Below are positions 49,197 through 58,643 of a stretch of DNA of 64,000 nt, piece by piece. This DNA comes from an uncultured Aminicenantes bacterium (GTDB lineage Bacteria; Acidobacteriota; Aminicenantia; UBA2199): the NCBI GenBank assembly GCA_965195285.1, contig CBDAFS010000012.1, positions 32,001-96,000 of the forward strand, given 5' to 3'. Numbering within the stretch: position 1 is the stretch's first letter; every line of letters starts with the position of its first letter. The notes beneath the pieces are model-generated. The model did no database searches. It was not told the DNA's origin and was given only the letters and a program-made list of their open reading frames with translations. The position numbers were made by a program, and so were the translations under genes.

Positions 49197-49907
49197 ATGG
49201 AAAATTCAATTGATTATATGGTCAAATGCTGGCGTTGTATGGCCGAATTTAATGCCATGGAAGCCACTTTCTGCAACCATCCCGGCCCCTCGAAAATTTG
49301 TCCCTTTTGCCTGGCCTGTTTATGCCAAGCCCCTGAGAAATATCAGCAAAAATTTTGGGAAAACAGCCCCCGGGAGTTGCTGAAAGAAAAACTGGTCATG
49401 GAGAACAAGGCCAGTATGAAACTGGGTGAGATTTTAATCAGGGCCGGGAAGATTACCACGGTTCAATTGAAGGATGCCATCTATAAACAAAAAGTGATCC
49501 GCAAGCCTCTGGGAGAAATTATTATCATGATGGATTTACTCACACCGGATGAATTGGAATTGTACCTGATTGACCAGAAGCAGATGGACGATATCGAGCT
49601 GAAGGACCTTAAAATAAATGTCGGCCTGGTTGAACGGATCGGGATTGATTTCTGTTCACTTAACCGGGTCATACCCCTGGAGATCTTTACACTGGACAAT
49701 GTGGAAGTCCTTCGCCTGGCGGTCACGCCGGGGGTGGATTTGAGCCAGTTGAAAATGAATGAACGGATCAAGGAGTTTACTGTGATTTCCTATAGTGCCA
49801 GCCCCGAGGAAATCGACAGTGTCCTGCGCACCTTCAAAGGAGATGTGGATGATAAGGACATACTGGTACTGGATGATGAGTCGGACCGTAAAACGGATCC
49901 CGGCTAA
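49197..49907 (+). CDS. Cys-rich (Zn-binding-like) domain plus MshEN/GspE N-terminal domain protein, no ATPase
   Basis: CWRC..CNH..CPFCLACLC; KLGEILIRAGKIT..QL..AI..Q...PLGEIII; start MENSID after GGAG. Confidence 0.75.
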   Translation: MENSIDYMVKCWRCMAEFNAMEATFCNHPGPSKICPFCLACLCQAPEKYQQKFWENSPRELLKEKLVMENKASMKLGEILIRAGKITTVQLKDAIYKQKVIRKPLGEIIIMMDLLTPDELELYLIDQKQMDDIELKDLKINVGLVERIGIDFCSLNRVIPLEIFTLDNVEVLRLAVTPGVDLSQLKMNERIKEFTVISYSASPEEIDSVLRTFKGDVDDKDILVLDDESDRKTDPG

Positions 49908-52261
49908 TGAAAAACCCGATCCAGGAGCCGTTTCAGAATAAAACTCGCCGCTGATTTGGGATTTCCCTCACTCCGGACCGGGGGGCCGATACAGGAGGGA
50001 CAGCCGCGGCTGCAATTACAGTTTTCGATACTCTGTAAAACCAGATCCAGAAGTTCCTCTATTTTTTCATACAGGACCTCTGAAAACCCAATGCCATTGG
50101 GATAATTGTCATAAATATAAATATTGGGCTCGAATTGATAGATTGTTTTTTCAGCTTTTTGAAGGATCATTTTTTTGGCGGTATTGAGGTTGATTTTCGA
50201 TTTACTGATGTTGTCTTCAACGGACACACCGACATCCCGGGGAGCACACATCAGGATAACCGTACTGCTGTGCCTAAGCAGATGGGCAATCCCATAAACC
50301 GCTTCCACTTTTTCTTCCGGTGAAATATCAACAGACCGAATTAATTCTTCCTTGATGGTGATCCAGAAAGCAGTGGTATGCATTTCCTGCTGGGGAAGTT
50401 GAAGATCGCCGGCACCGACGTTTTCATTGGTGAAATATTTTAATTTCTTGAATCCCACCACTTGAGAAAACACATGAACATCACCGTAGGAAAAATGATA
50501 GTTGGCCTGGCGGGTATCATCAAATAAATCCAGAATGGAAATTTTAGTATGGGTAATGGCATCGGTATAATAGTCCGAGTCGGACTGGCGGACATAGGCT
50601 TTCCGGTTTTCGTAGTCAAATTCCTCCACAACATACTGTTCCCCTTCCAGGATATAGATGGCTTTGGCATGAAGGGTTTCCAGTGCGGAGGAAAAATCCA
50701 CTTCGGCAATGACCTTATGTTCACCGGTGCGGTCCACCACTACAAAGTTGTCCGAGGTGATGCGGTTGATGCTCACCGCATCCGCCGGGTACCCCTCTTC
50801 GGTCCAGAACCATTTGTCCTGTTTTTTAAATAGCACTTTGTTTTCAGCCAGGTAATTCAGGATTTCTTCCAGGTTTTCCCGGCCGAAATATTCGGTTTCA
50901 ACAAAGGGAAGTTCAAAAGAGGCGCATTTGATATGTTCGATCAGAATGGTCAGATTATCCGGATTAATCCGGCCTATTTCCGGGGACCTGCCGGTAAAAT
51001 ATTCGGGGTGATTGACGATGAACTGGTTGACCGGGGAGGATGAGGAAATCAGGATGCCAATGGATTTTGAAGAGCGCCTGCCGGCTCTTCCCATGCGCTG
51101 CCAGGTTGAGGATATGGTGCCCGGATAGGCAGCCAGTATAGCCACATCCAGGGAACCGATATCGATTCCCAGTTCCAGGGCATTGGTGGATACCACGGCC
51201 CGGATCTTACCTTCCCGCAGTCCTTTTTCTATTTCTCGTCGTTTATGGGGGAGATAACCGCCCCGGTATCCCCGGATTTTGCCCCGGTCGGTCAGTCCCT
51301 TTTCAAAATCGCTCTTCAGGTACTTGACCAGGATTTCGGTGATAAGGCGGGTATTGGCAAAAGTGATGACCTGAAGATCATTCTTCAAAATTATGCCGGC
51401 AATTAACCGGGTAATTGACACATAGGATTTACGGATACCCAGCTGTTTGTTGACTACCGGGGGGTTGAAGAAGACGATGTATTTTTCACCATGGGGGGAA
51501 CCGCTCTGATCAATCAGAACCACTTCCTGCTCGATCAATCCCTGAGCCAGTTCTCTGGGATTGGCAATGGTGGCCGAGGACATGATGAATACAGGATCGG
51601 AACCGTAGAACCGACATATCCGCCTCAGGCGGCGCATGATATTGCTCATATGGGAACCGAAAACCCCGGTATATGAATGGAGTTCATCGATGATGACATA
51701 TTCAAGGTTTTCGAACAGATTGATCCATTTGGTGTGGTGGGGCAGGATACCGGAATGCAGCATATATGGATTGGTGAGGACGATCTGGGCATTTTTGCGG
51801 ATTGATTTTCGCATGCTTTGGGGGGTATCACCATCATAAGTGTAAAGTGCCAGTCGGTCTCCGAGTAGCCGGTTTAACTCAAATAACTCCGATAATTGGT
51901 CCTGGGACAGGGCCTTGGTGGGAAATAAATATAGTGATTTAGAGCTGGGTTTGTTATTCAGGGCATTCAGGGTAACGGCATTGTATATCAGGGTTTTTCC
52001 AGAGGCCGTGGGAGTAGCGACCACCACATGCTTTCGGTTCAGAATTTCATTGATGGCCTGGGTCTGATGGGAGAATAATTGTTTGATTCCTTTCTTTTTA
52101 TAGACTTCCACTACCTCGGGATTCAGATTTTCCGGAAAATCGAAAAACTCACCCGGAAAGGCATCAATCTTGAAAATGCTGGCCTGGCTCAAGAGGTCAT
52201 TCTTCAGCTTCAGGATATCCTTCAAGGCCCGTTCGATTTTAATATTTTTATCCTCATCCAT
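49904..52261 (-). CDS. DEAD/DEAH-box helicase with DUF1998 (MrfA/Hrq1 family)
   Basis: TPTASGKT, PTKAL.QDQ, DELH, SAT, YRGGY, ALELGIDIG, QRMGRAGR, C.C..GCPSC. Confidence 0.92.
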   Translation of the reverse strand: MDEDKNIKIERALKDILKLKNDLLSQASIFKIDAFPGEFFDFPENLNPEVVEVYKKKGIKQLFSHQTQAINEILNRKHVVVATPTASGKTLIYNAVTLNALNNKPSSKSLYLFPTKALSQDQLSELFELNRLLGDRLALYTYDGDTPQSMRKSIRKNAQIVLTNPYMLHSGILPHHTKWINLFENLEYVIIDELHSYTGVFGSHMSNIMRRLRRICRFYGSDPVFIMSSATIANPRELAQGLIEQEVVLIDQSGSPHGEKYIVFFNPPVVNKQLGIRKSYVSITRLIAGIILKNDLQVITFANTRLITEILVKYLKSDFEKGLTDRGKIRGYRGGYLPHKRREIEKGLREGKIRAVVSTNALELGIDIGSLDVAILAAYPGTISSTWQRMGRAGRRSSKSIGILISSSSPVNQFIVNHPEYFTGRSPEIGRINPDNLTILIEHIKCASFELPFVETEYFGRENLEEILNYLAENKVLFKKQDKWFWTEEGYPADAVSINRITSDNFVVVDRTGEHKVIAEVDFSSALETLHAKAIYILEGEQYVVEEFDYENRKAYVRQSDSDYYTDAITHTKISILDLFDDTRQANYHFSYGDVHVFSQVVGFKKLKYFTNENVGAGDLQLPQQEMHTTAFWITIKEELIRSVDISPEEKVEAVYGIAHLLRHSSTVILMCAPRDVGVSVEDNISKSKINLNTAKKMILQKAEKTIYQFEPNIYIYDNYPNGIGFSEVLYEKIEELLDLVLQSIENCNCSRGCPSCIGPPVRSEGNPKSAASFILKRLLDRVFH

Positions 52262-52365
52262 GCTGCTAAGATAGCATAAAAAAAACCAATAGTAAAATAC
52301 TGGCTTTAAAAAAACATGTGATGATATCTCGCTCATATATATATGACAAAGATGTTGTAATATAA

Positions 52366-52394
52366 TTGACATTTTCAACAATCTATATTACTAT
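52366..52394 (+). promoter_or_regulatory. sigma70-type promoter of clpB
   Basis: TTGACA-17-TACTAT; AAGGAG RBS. Confidence 0.65.
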
Positions 52395-52412
52395 TTATAT
52401 GGATAAGGAGAA

Positions 52413-54983
52413 ATGATTATGAATCACCAAGCGTTCACACTGAAGTCGAACAGCGTCATTGAGGCCAGTGTCAGCCTGGCCCGTGAATATGGCCAGCAGG
52501 AAGTCCATCCCCTCCACCTGGCCCGTGCGATATTATCGGATTCTGAAAATATGGTTCCGGAAGTGATCAAAAAAATAGGCATAGATGTTTCGCAGATTGG
52601 CAACCGGCTGGAAGAAGAGATAATTAAAATCCCGGTAGTACAGGGTGCAGATCAGTATGTCGGTAAAAGTTTCAAGGATGTACTTCAGCATTCCGAGAAA
52701 ATTTCCAAACAATTTAAGGATGATTATATATCAACCGAGCACCTTTTCATTGCCATCCTGGAAAAAAAGGGAGAGGCTGCGGATGTATTAAAATCCGAAG
52801 GTATCACCGTTGAAAAATTTTATGAGGCTCTGATGCAGATCCGGGGAACCCAGAAAATCACCGATCAGAATCCCGAGGAAAAAATGCAGGCCCTGAAAAA
52901 GTATTCCCGCGACCTGGTTCAACTGGCCCGGGAGGGCAAATTGGACCCTGTGATCGGCAGGGACGAGGAAATACGCCGGGTCATGCAGGTGCTGGTAAGA
53001 AGGAAAAAAAACAACCCGGTATTAATCGGGGAAGCGGGTGTGGGAAAAACCGCTATAGTGGAGGGGATCGCCCTGCGTATCGTTCAAAAAGATGTCCCGG
53101 AAGTACTGAAAGACAAGCGAATTGTGTCCCTGGAAATCGGAAGTCTGCTGGCAGGGGCAAAGTATAGGGGAGAGTTTGAGGATCGGTTAAAAGCGGTTAT
53201 CAAGGAGGTCACGGAATCGGATGGTGAAATCATTCTTTTCATCGATGAACTTCATACTATTGTGGGTGCCGGAGCCGCCGAAGGGGCGGTGGATGCCTCC
53301 AATATGCTCAAGCCATCCCTGGCCAGGGGAGAATTGAGGGCCATCGGTGCTACGACTTTGAATGAATACAAAAAATACATTGAAAAGGATCCGGCCCTTG
53401 AGAGGCGGTTCCAACCGGTTTTTGTAAAGGAACCCTCGGTTGAGGAAACCATTTCCATTTTAAGAGGGTTGAAAGAGAAGTATGAAATACACCACGGTAT
53501 CAAGGTGACTGATGCGGCCCTGATCTCGGCAGCCACCCTGTCCAACCGCTATATCAGTGACCGTTTTCTGCCCGATAAAGCCATTGACCTGGTGGATGAA
53601 GCCTCTTCCAGGCTTCGAATCGAGATGGATTCCCTGCCCGAAGAACTGGATGAACTGGAACGAAAGATCATGCAACTGGAAATTGAGAAACAGGCCCTGA
53701 AAAAAGAAAACAGTTCCGATGCCAAAGAAAAGTTAAAAATTCTGGTCAATGATCTGGAGGATCTGAAAGTAAAGAGCAGCCATATTAGGGAACACTGGAA
53801 ACAGGAGAAGACATTGATCGGTCGCCTGCAGGATTTGAAGGCGGAGATTGACGAACTGAAGAATCAGCAGCAGGATGCCGAGCGTAGGAACGACTATGAG
53901 CGTGCCTCCCAGATCCAATACGGGGATATTCCGGAGAGAAACAGCCAGATCGATACCGTTCAAAAAGAGCTGAAGAAATTGCAGAAAGAAAAAAAAATAT
54001 TGACCGAGGAGATTACCGAAGATGATATTGCCGAAGTGGTTTCCAAGTGGACCGGTATCCCGGTCAGCAAGATGTTGAAGGGGGAAAAGGATAAATTATT
54101 GCGAATGGAAGAGGTATTGAAAAACCGGGTGGTGGGACAGGATGAAGCTGTTGAGGCGGTATCGAGGGTAATCCGGCGTAGCAAGGCCGGGCTGAATGAC
54201 CCGGGCCGTCCAATTGGCAGTTTTTTGTTTCTGGGGCCCACCGGGGTAGGCAAGACCGAACTGGCCAAAACCCTGAGTGAATTCATCTTTAACAGTGAAA
54301 AGGCCATGATCAGACTGGATATGTCCGAATATATGGAAAAACATTCGGTGGCCAAGCTCATCGGCGCCCCGCCGGGTTATGTGGGATATGAGGAAGGGGG
54401 GCAGCTAACCGAGGCAGTCAAGCGCAGGCCTTATGCCTTGATTCTGCTGGATGAGATCGAAAAAGCTCACCCCGATGTGTTTAATATTCTGCTCCAGATC
54501 CTGGAGGACGGACGACTGACCGATAGTAAGGGAAAAACCATTAATTTCGCCAATGCCATTGTGATCATGACTTCCAACCTGGGTTCTGAAATTATTCAGA
54601 ACAAAACCGACTATGAAGCCATTAAAAAAGAGTTGGATGAACTGCTGTTTAAATATTTCAAGCCGGAATTTCTCAACCGCATCGATGATATCATCACTTT
54701 CAGGCCACTGTCTCCGGAAATCATCAAAATAATTGCCCGGATCCAGATCGGATACCTGGCGCGGCAGCTCCAGAATTTAAACATAAAAATAGAGGTGACC
54801 GATGCCGCCCTGGACATGATTGCCCGGAAGGGATTCAATTCTTCCCTGGGAGCCCGGCCCTTAAGGCGGGTCATTCAGCGGGAAATCCAGGATAAGCTCT
54901 CAATCCTGATACTGGAAGGCAAATTGAAATCCGGTTCCTCAATCAAAGTTGATTATCAAAAGGACCAATTTACCTTTGAATAA
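52413..54983 (+). CDS. clpB: ATP-dependent chaperone ClpB
   Basis: Two AAA modules ([16 protein letters not shown]), long coiled-coil middle domain, PPGYVGY. Confidence 0.96.
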   Translation: MIMNHQAFTLKSNSVIEASVSLAREYGQQEVHPLHLARAILSDSENMVPEVIKKIGIDVSQIGNRLEEEIIKIPVVQGADQYVGKSFKDVLQHSEKISKQFKDDYISTEHLFIAILEKKGEAADVLKSEGITVEKFYEALMQIRGTQKITDQNPEEKMQALKKYSRDLVQLAREGKLDPVIGRDEEIRRVMQVLVRRKKNNPVLIGEAGVGKTAIVEGIALRIVQKDVPEVLKDKRIVSLEIGSLLAGAKYRGEFEDRLKAVIKEVTESDGEIILFIDELHTIVGAGAAEGAVDASNMLKPSLARGELRAIGATTLNEYKKYIEKDPALERRFQPVFVKEPSVEETISILRGLKEKYEIHHGIKVTDAALISAATLSNRYISDRFLPDKAIDLVDEASSRLRIEMDSLPEELDELERKIMQLEIEKQALKKENSSDAKEKLKILVNDLEDLKVKSSHIREHWKQEKTLIGRLQDLKAEIDELKNQQQDAERRNDYERASQIQYGDIPERNSQIDTVQKELKKLQKEKKILTEEITEDDIAEVVSKWTGIPVSKMLKGEKDKLLRMEEVLKNRVVGQDEAVEAVSRVIRRSKAGLNDPGRPIGSFLFLGPTGVGKTELAKTLSEFIFNSEKAMIRLDMSEYMEKHSVAKLIGAPPGYVGYEEGGQLTEAVKRRPYALILLDEIEKAHPDVFNILLQILEDGRLTDSKGKTINFANAIVIMTSNLGSEIIQNKTDYEAIKKELDELLFKYFKPEFLNRIDDIITFRPLSPEIIKIIARIQIGYLARQLQNLNIKIEVTDAALDMIARKGFNSSLGARPLRRVIQREIQDKLSILILEGKLKSGSSIKVDYQKDQFTFE

Positions 54984-54999
54984 AAAGGGAGTGAAGCTC

Positions 55000-55281
55000 C
55001 TATTTTTCCTGGGATTTTAATAGAAGTTCGCCGGCTGATATTTTTTTAAACAGGTTAAAATCGATTCTTAGTTCATGTAATTCAGGAGTGCAGACTTCTT
55101 TTTGATACAAAAGGTAAAGTTCCAATTCTTCCGGAATTAACAGCCCCATCATGATCAGAATTTCACCGATTTTTTTCTTGTATACCTGTTGTTTTTCAAT
55201 GGCCTCGTCCAGGTGGTGTTCACTGATTTTTTGGACGCTTAACAGGATTTCTCCCAGTCTTTGGTGAGTCTTATTTTCCAT
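55000..55281 (-). CDS. Small stand-alone MshEN-domain protein (possibly truncated paralog of 49197-49907)
   Basis: RLGEILL...I....L..AI..Q...KIGEILIMMGLL.PEELELYL..Q. Confidence 0.7.
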   Translation of the reverse strand: MENKTHQRLGEILLSVQKISEHHLDEAIEKQQVYKKKIGEILIMMGLLIPEELELYLLYQKEVCTPELHELRIDFNLFKKISAGELLLKSQEK

Positions 55282-55603
55282 AGGCAATTCCAACCAGGCC
55301 TCCCAGAACCAGGGGGATCATGAAGCATAAAGACAGACAGAGACTTCCCTTTCGGGCAATGGCACCCAGAACCGGAAGGGCGGTCATGCTGGTGCTCAGA
55401 AAAAATATGGTTATCCCAAGGGTGACCGTGGATATGATGATGGCTATGAAGGCGGTTTGATGGTTGTTGGCTTTCCTGCTGCCTGAAAACCCGGCCACAA
55501 AAGAACCCACAACCGGCAGCCAGAACAATACAAAAGCAAGGATCCACATCACCAGAACCGTGGGTAATAGATTTGTTTGAGATAATTTAGAAAGCGATGA
55601 CAT
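55271..55603 (-). CDS. Small hydrophobic membrane protein
   Basis: 3-4 TM segments; LFWLPVVG.FVAGF.G..KA pattern. Confidence 0.7.
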   Translation of the reverse strand: MSSLSKLSQTNLLPTVLVMWILAFVLFWLPVVGSFVAGFSGSRKANNHQTAFIAIIISTVTLGITIFFLSTSMTALPVLGAIARKGSLCLSLCFMIPLVLGGLVGIAYGK

Positions 55604-55733
55604 GCTCAGCTATACCTTTTATCCGATATAAGCCTTTTCCATCCCTCCCCAGCTGCTCAATATATACAACTGCCTTCCTTTCCATTCCACCTAAAAAAAC
55701 TGGGTCTTTTATAGACTATTGTTATTATATCCT

Positions 55734-55749
55734 AGCAATATTCCTGCCA
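55734..55749 (-). promoter_or_regulatory. sigma54 (-24/-12) promoter
   Basis: Minus strand TGGCAGGAATATTGCT matches TGGCACGRNNNTTGCW with exact GG-N10-GC spacing; divergent from a sigma54 activator gene. Confidence 0.75.
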
Positions 55750-55990
55750 AATTCATAAAAAGTAGATTGTATTTTATTTTATGCCGGAAAATCCGGAATG
55801 TTTCCAAAACGTTGATAACAGGCTGTTCTGAGTCTAAGATTGCGATCCGATTCAAACCTCGTAATCCGGACCATGACCGGGATGTGTCAGCGGAGCTATT
55901 TGGTTGAACGAAGATTATAAACTGTCTATAAACTGTATTTACTGAGTTTATAAACAAATGGTTGAAAAAAATGATTTCCTGATATAAAAT

Positions 55991-57817
55991 ATGGTTATGA
56001 AATATTTACTATACTACGTGGATGGGTTCATTAAAAAATTCCCACTTCGAAAAGCCTCATTAACCATCGGAAGGGGAGAAGAGAATGATCTCTGGATGGA
56101 TGATGATTTCTTGTCCAGAAAGCATTTGAAGGTCCAGGTTAAAGAAAATCATATCATCATCAATGATTTACATTCGACCAATGGGACCTATGTCAATCAT
56201 GCCAAAATAAACCAGGCTGAGATTCAACTGGATGATTCTTTCAGGCTGGGCAGCTTGGAGTTCTATTTGAAAGAAGGATCGGATAAGGAATTTAAGACCG
56301 TAGCAGAATTGATTCCGATTTTCAGTAAAATCAAAAAAGATCATGAAAAGAATTTCAACGGGGAAAAAACCCGTTATATCCAGGACATTTTCCATGAAAC
56401 CTTGAAGCAGTTTTTACACAGCGGCTTGAAGAAAAACGATCTGAATGAATTATTGCAGGAACTGTCCTCCTATTTGATCAACCTGAATGTCCCCGGGAGT
56501 TTTTATCTGATCTCCCGGGAGGGAAAGGATTTCAATATACAGATGGCGGTAGATGATAAATCCGAGACACTGGACTGTTTAAAAAGGATAATCAAGAAAA
56601 ATGTGAAGTTTCTGGTTAAAAATTTGAGCGGTATCCCGCTACCCAAGAAAATGGGATATTTTAATGCCTATCCGGTGAATGTGGCTACAGAACAAACCGT
56701 GTTGATTTATCTGTCCCCGGGAGAGCATTCGAATCAAAGTAAAAAACTTGAAAAATTTATGATCATTTTGGCCAAAGAACTCTCTCTCCTGATGCAATTG
56801 TTGATGGAAAAAAAAGAGTTGTTCCGGGAGCCTTCGAACACCTTTGAGGAGAAAAAACCCGATTTTAAATATTCGATAGGAATTGTGACCGGAAGTCCCG
56901 TCATGAAAGATCTAATCAAGCAGACTCGAAAAATTGCCAACAGTGATCTCTTCATTTTGATCCAGGGAGAAAGTGGCACTGGCAAAGAGCTATTTGCCAA
57001 GTTGATCCATTATTGTTCGAAAAGAAGACAGCAAAAATTTGTGGCCATCAACTGTGCGGCTATCCCCGATAATTTATTGGAGTCGGAATTGTTTGGATAT
57101 GAAAAAGGTGCTTTTACCGGCGCTTTCAAGAATAAACCGGGAAAACTGGAACTGTCTTCCGGAGGGACACTGGTCCTGGATGAAATCGGGAATATGCCTC
57201 TGTCCCTGCAGGCAAAGCTATTGAGAGCCCTGCAGGAATATGAGTTTTACCGGCTGGGAAGTTCGACTCCCATTAAGGTGGATCTGCGGATTATCTCATT
57301 GACCAATTTAGATATAAACCAGATTTTGGGTGAGCATAAAATTCGGGAAGATCTGTATTACCGCCTGGCCCATCATGTGATTTCCATACCGCCCCTGAGG
57401 GAAAGAAAAGAGGACATCTCCTCCTTGATCACCCATTTTACCCAGGTATACAGTAAAAAAGCCAATAAGGAAATTAAAAGTTTTTCACTGCCCGCCTTTG
57501 AGATGTTGAAAAAATATGACTGGCCCGGAAATGTCAGGCAACTTGAAAATGAAATCAACCGGCTGGTGAACCTGTGTGATGACGGGGATGTGATCCGCGA
57601 TGATATGATCTCCGTCACGATAAGAACCCGGACCGGTAAAGCCCAGGCCAATGGGTTTTCTTTTTCAGGCCATGAGACAAAAAACGAAAAACAGTGGATT
57701 TTAAAGTTACTGGAAAAAAACAAATGGAATAAATCAGAAACCGCCCGGGAAATGAATATGACCTACCAGGGACTGCATAAGAAGATGAAGCGGCTGGGGA
57801 TCAAAAAGAAGAAATAA
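55991..57817 (+). CDS. FHA-domain sigma54-dependent enhancer-binding protein
   Basis: FHA motifs GR...SR.H...STNGT; GESGTGKE, ESELFG, GAFTGA, WPGNVRQL, C-terminal HTH. Start may be 55997. Confidence 0.92.
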   Translation: MVMKYLLYYVDGFIKKFPLRKASLTIGRGEENDLWMDDDFLSRKHLKVQVKENHIIINDLHSTNGTYVNHAKINQAEIQLDDSFRLGSLEFYLKEGSDKEFKTVAELIPIFSKIKKDHEKNFNGEKTRYIQDIFHETLKQFLHSGLKKNDLNELLQELSSYLINLNVPGSFYLISREGKDFNIQMAVDDKSETLDCLKRIIKKNVKFLVKNLSGIPLPKKMGYFNAYPVNVATEQTVLIYLSPGEHSNQSKKLEKFMIILAKELSLLMQLLMEKKELFREPSNTFEEKKPDFKYSIGIVTGSPVMKDLIKQTRKIANSDLFILIQGESGTGKELFAKLIHYCSKRRQQKFVAINCAAIPDNLLESELFGYEKGAFTGAFKNKPGKLELSSGGTLVLDEIGNMPLSLQAKLLRALQEYEFYRLGSSTPIKVDLRIISLTNLDINQILGEHKIREDLYYRLAHHVISIPPLRERKEDISSLITHFTQVYSKKANKEIKSFSLPAFEMLKKYDWPGNVRQLENEINRLVNLCDDGDVIRDDMISVTIRTRTGKAQANGFSFSGHETKNEKQWILKLLEKNKWNKSETAREMNMTYQGLHKKMKRLGIKKKK

Positions 57818-57826
57818 GCGGCCGGG

Positions 57827-58615
57827 ATGAAATTGAAGAAACCAGGAATTTTACTGTTTTCGTTGATGGCTTGGTTTTTCCTCAATGCTTGCTCCCGGAC
57901 CCAGCAGATCATGGTGAATCCTTTGGATTCCCCGGGGGACCTGAAAGCCGGAAAGATTCAGGACCAAGGACATTCAGATGAACCAATGGTCATTTACGAA
58001 GAAGTAGAAGAGGGAGGGATTAAAAAATCAGTTGATTTCGGGCCTTTTCTGGAGGACCAGGAAGTCCAAACCGGGGTGGCTTCGTGGTACGGAGGCAAAT
58101 TTCACGGCCGCCGTACCGCCAATGGCGAGATTTACAACAAGCACCGCCTGACCGCTGCCCACCGTACCCTGCCTTTCAATTCCATTGTGGAAGTGGTCAA
58201 TCTGGATAACCGAAAAAAGATCATTGTGCGTATCAATGACCGGGGACCCTTCATTAAAAATCGCATCATTGATCTTTCCTTGAAGGCAGCCAGAATGCTT
58301 GACATGACTGAAAGGGGCACGGTACCGGTCCGCATCCGGGTGATTCAGGCCGCTTCTGTCTCCGGTTCTGCCATGTCTCCTGATCCCGGAAAGGGCTATT
58401 GTCTGCAGGCCGGGGCTTTTGCCAGCGAGGCCAATGCCCGGAGTTTGTTAAAACGATTAAATGCGGATCAGAATCAGCTCAAATTTAATATGGTTTTTCA
58501 AAACGATTTTTATAAAATTATTTCCGAAATGATCTCCACCCGACAGTCAGCCGAGAAGTGGCTGCGCATTCTGGCCCGGAATGGGTTTGACGTATTTATA
58601 AAAGAGTATTATTAG
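57827..58615 (+). CDS. rlpA: Septal-ring lytic transglycosylase RlpA lipoprotein with SPOR domain
   Basis: Lipobox LNAC; GVASWYG..FHGR.TANGE, TAAHRTLP, RINDRGPF; LQAGAF SPOR domain. Confidence 0.92.
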   Translation: MKLKKPGILLFSLMAWFFLNACSRTQQIMVNPLDSPGDLKAGKIQDQGHSDEPMVIYEEVEEGGIKKSVDFGPFLEDQEVQTGVASWYGGKFHGRRTANGEIYNKHRLTAAHRTLPFNSIVEVVNLDNRKKIIVRINDRGPFIKNRIIDLSLKAARMLDMTERGTVPVRIRVIQAASVSGSAMSPDPGKGYCLQAGAFASEANARSLLKRLNADQNQLKFNMVFQNDFYKIISEMISTRQSAEKWLRILARNGFDVFIKEYY

Positions 58616-58643
58616 CAGTCAGGGAAAGGTCGTCCGATGGAGG

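Noticed and set aside
49904-52261. DUF1998 helicase as an anti-phage system (DISARM/Druantia)
   Set aside because: Size and motifs fit stand-alone MrfA/Hrq1; no methylase, PLD or other defence partners nearby.
55587-55685. 32-codon minus-strand ORF (MERKAVVY...) right after the sigma54 promoter
   Set aside because: SD spacing is too short and there is no recognisable motif; cannot be supported.
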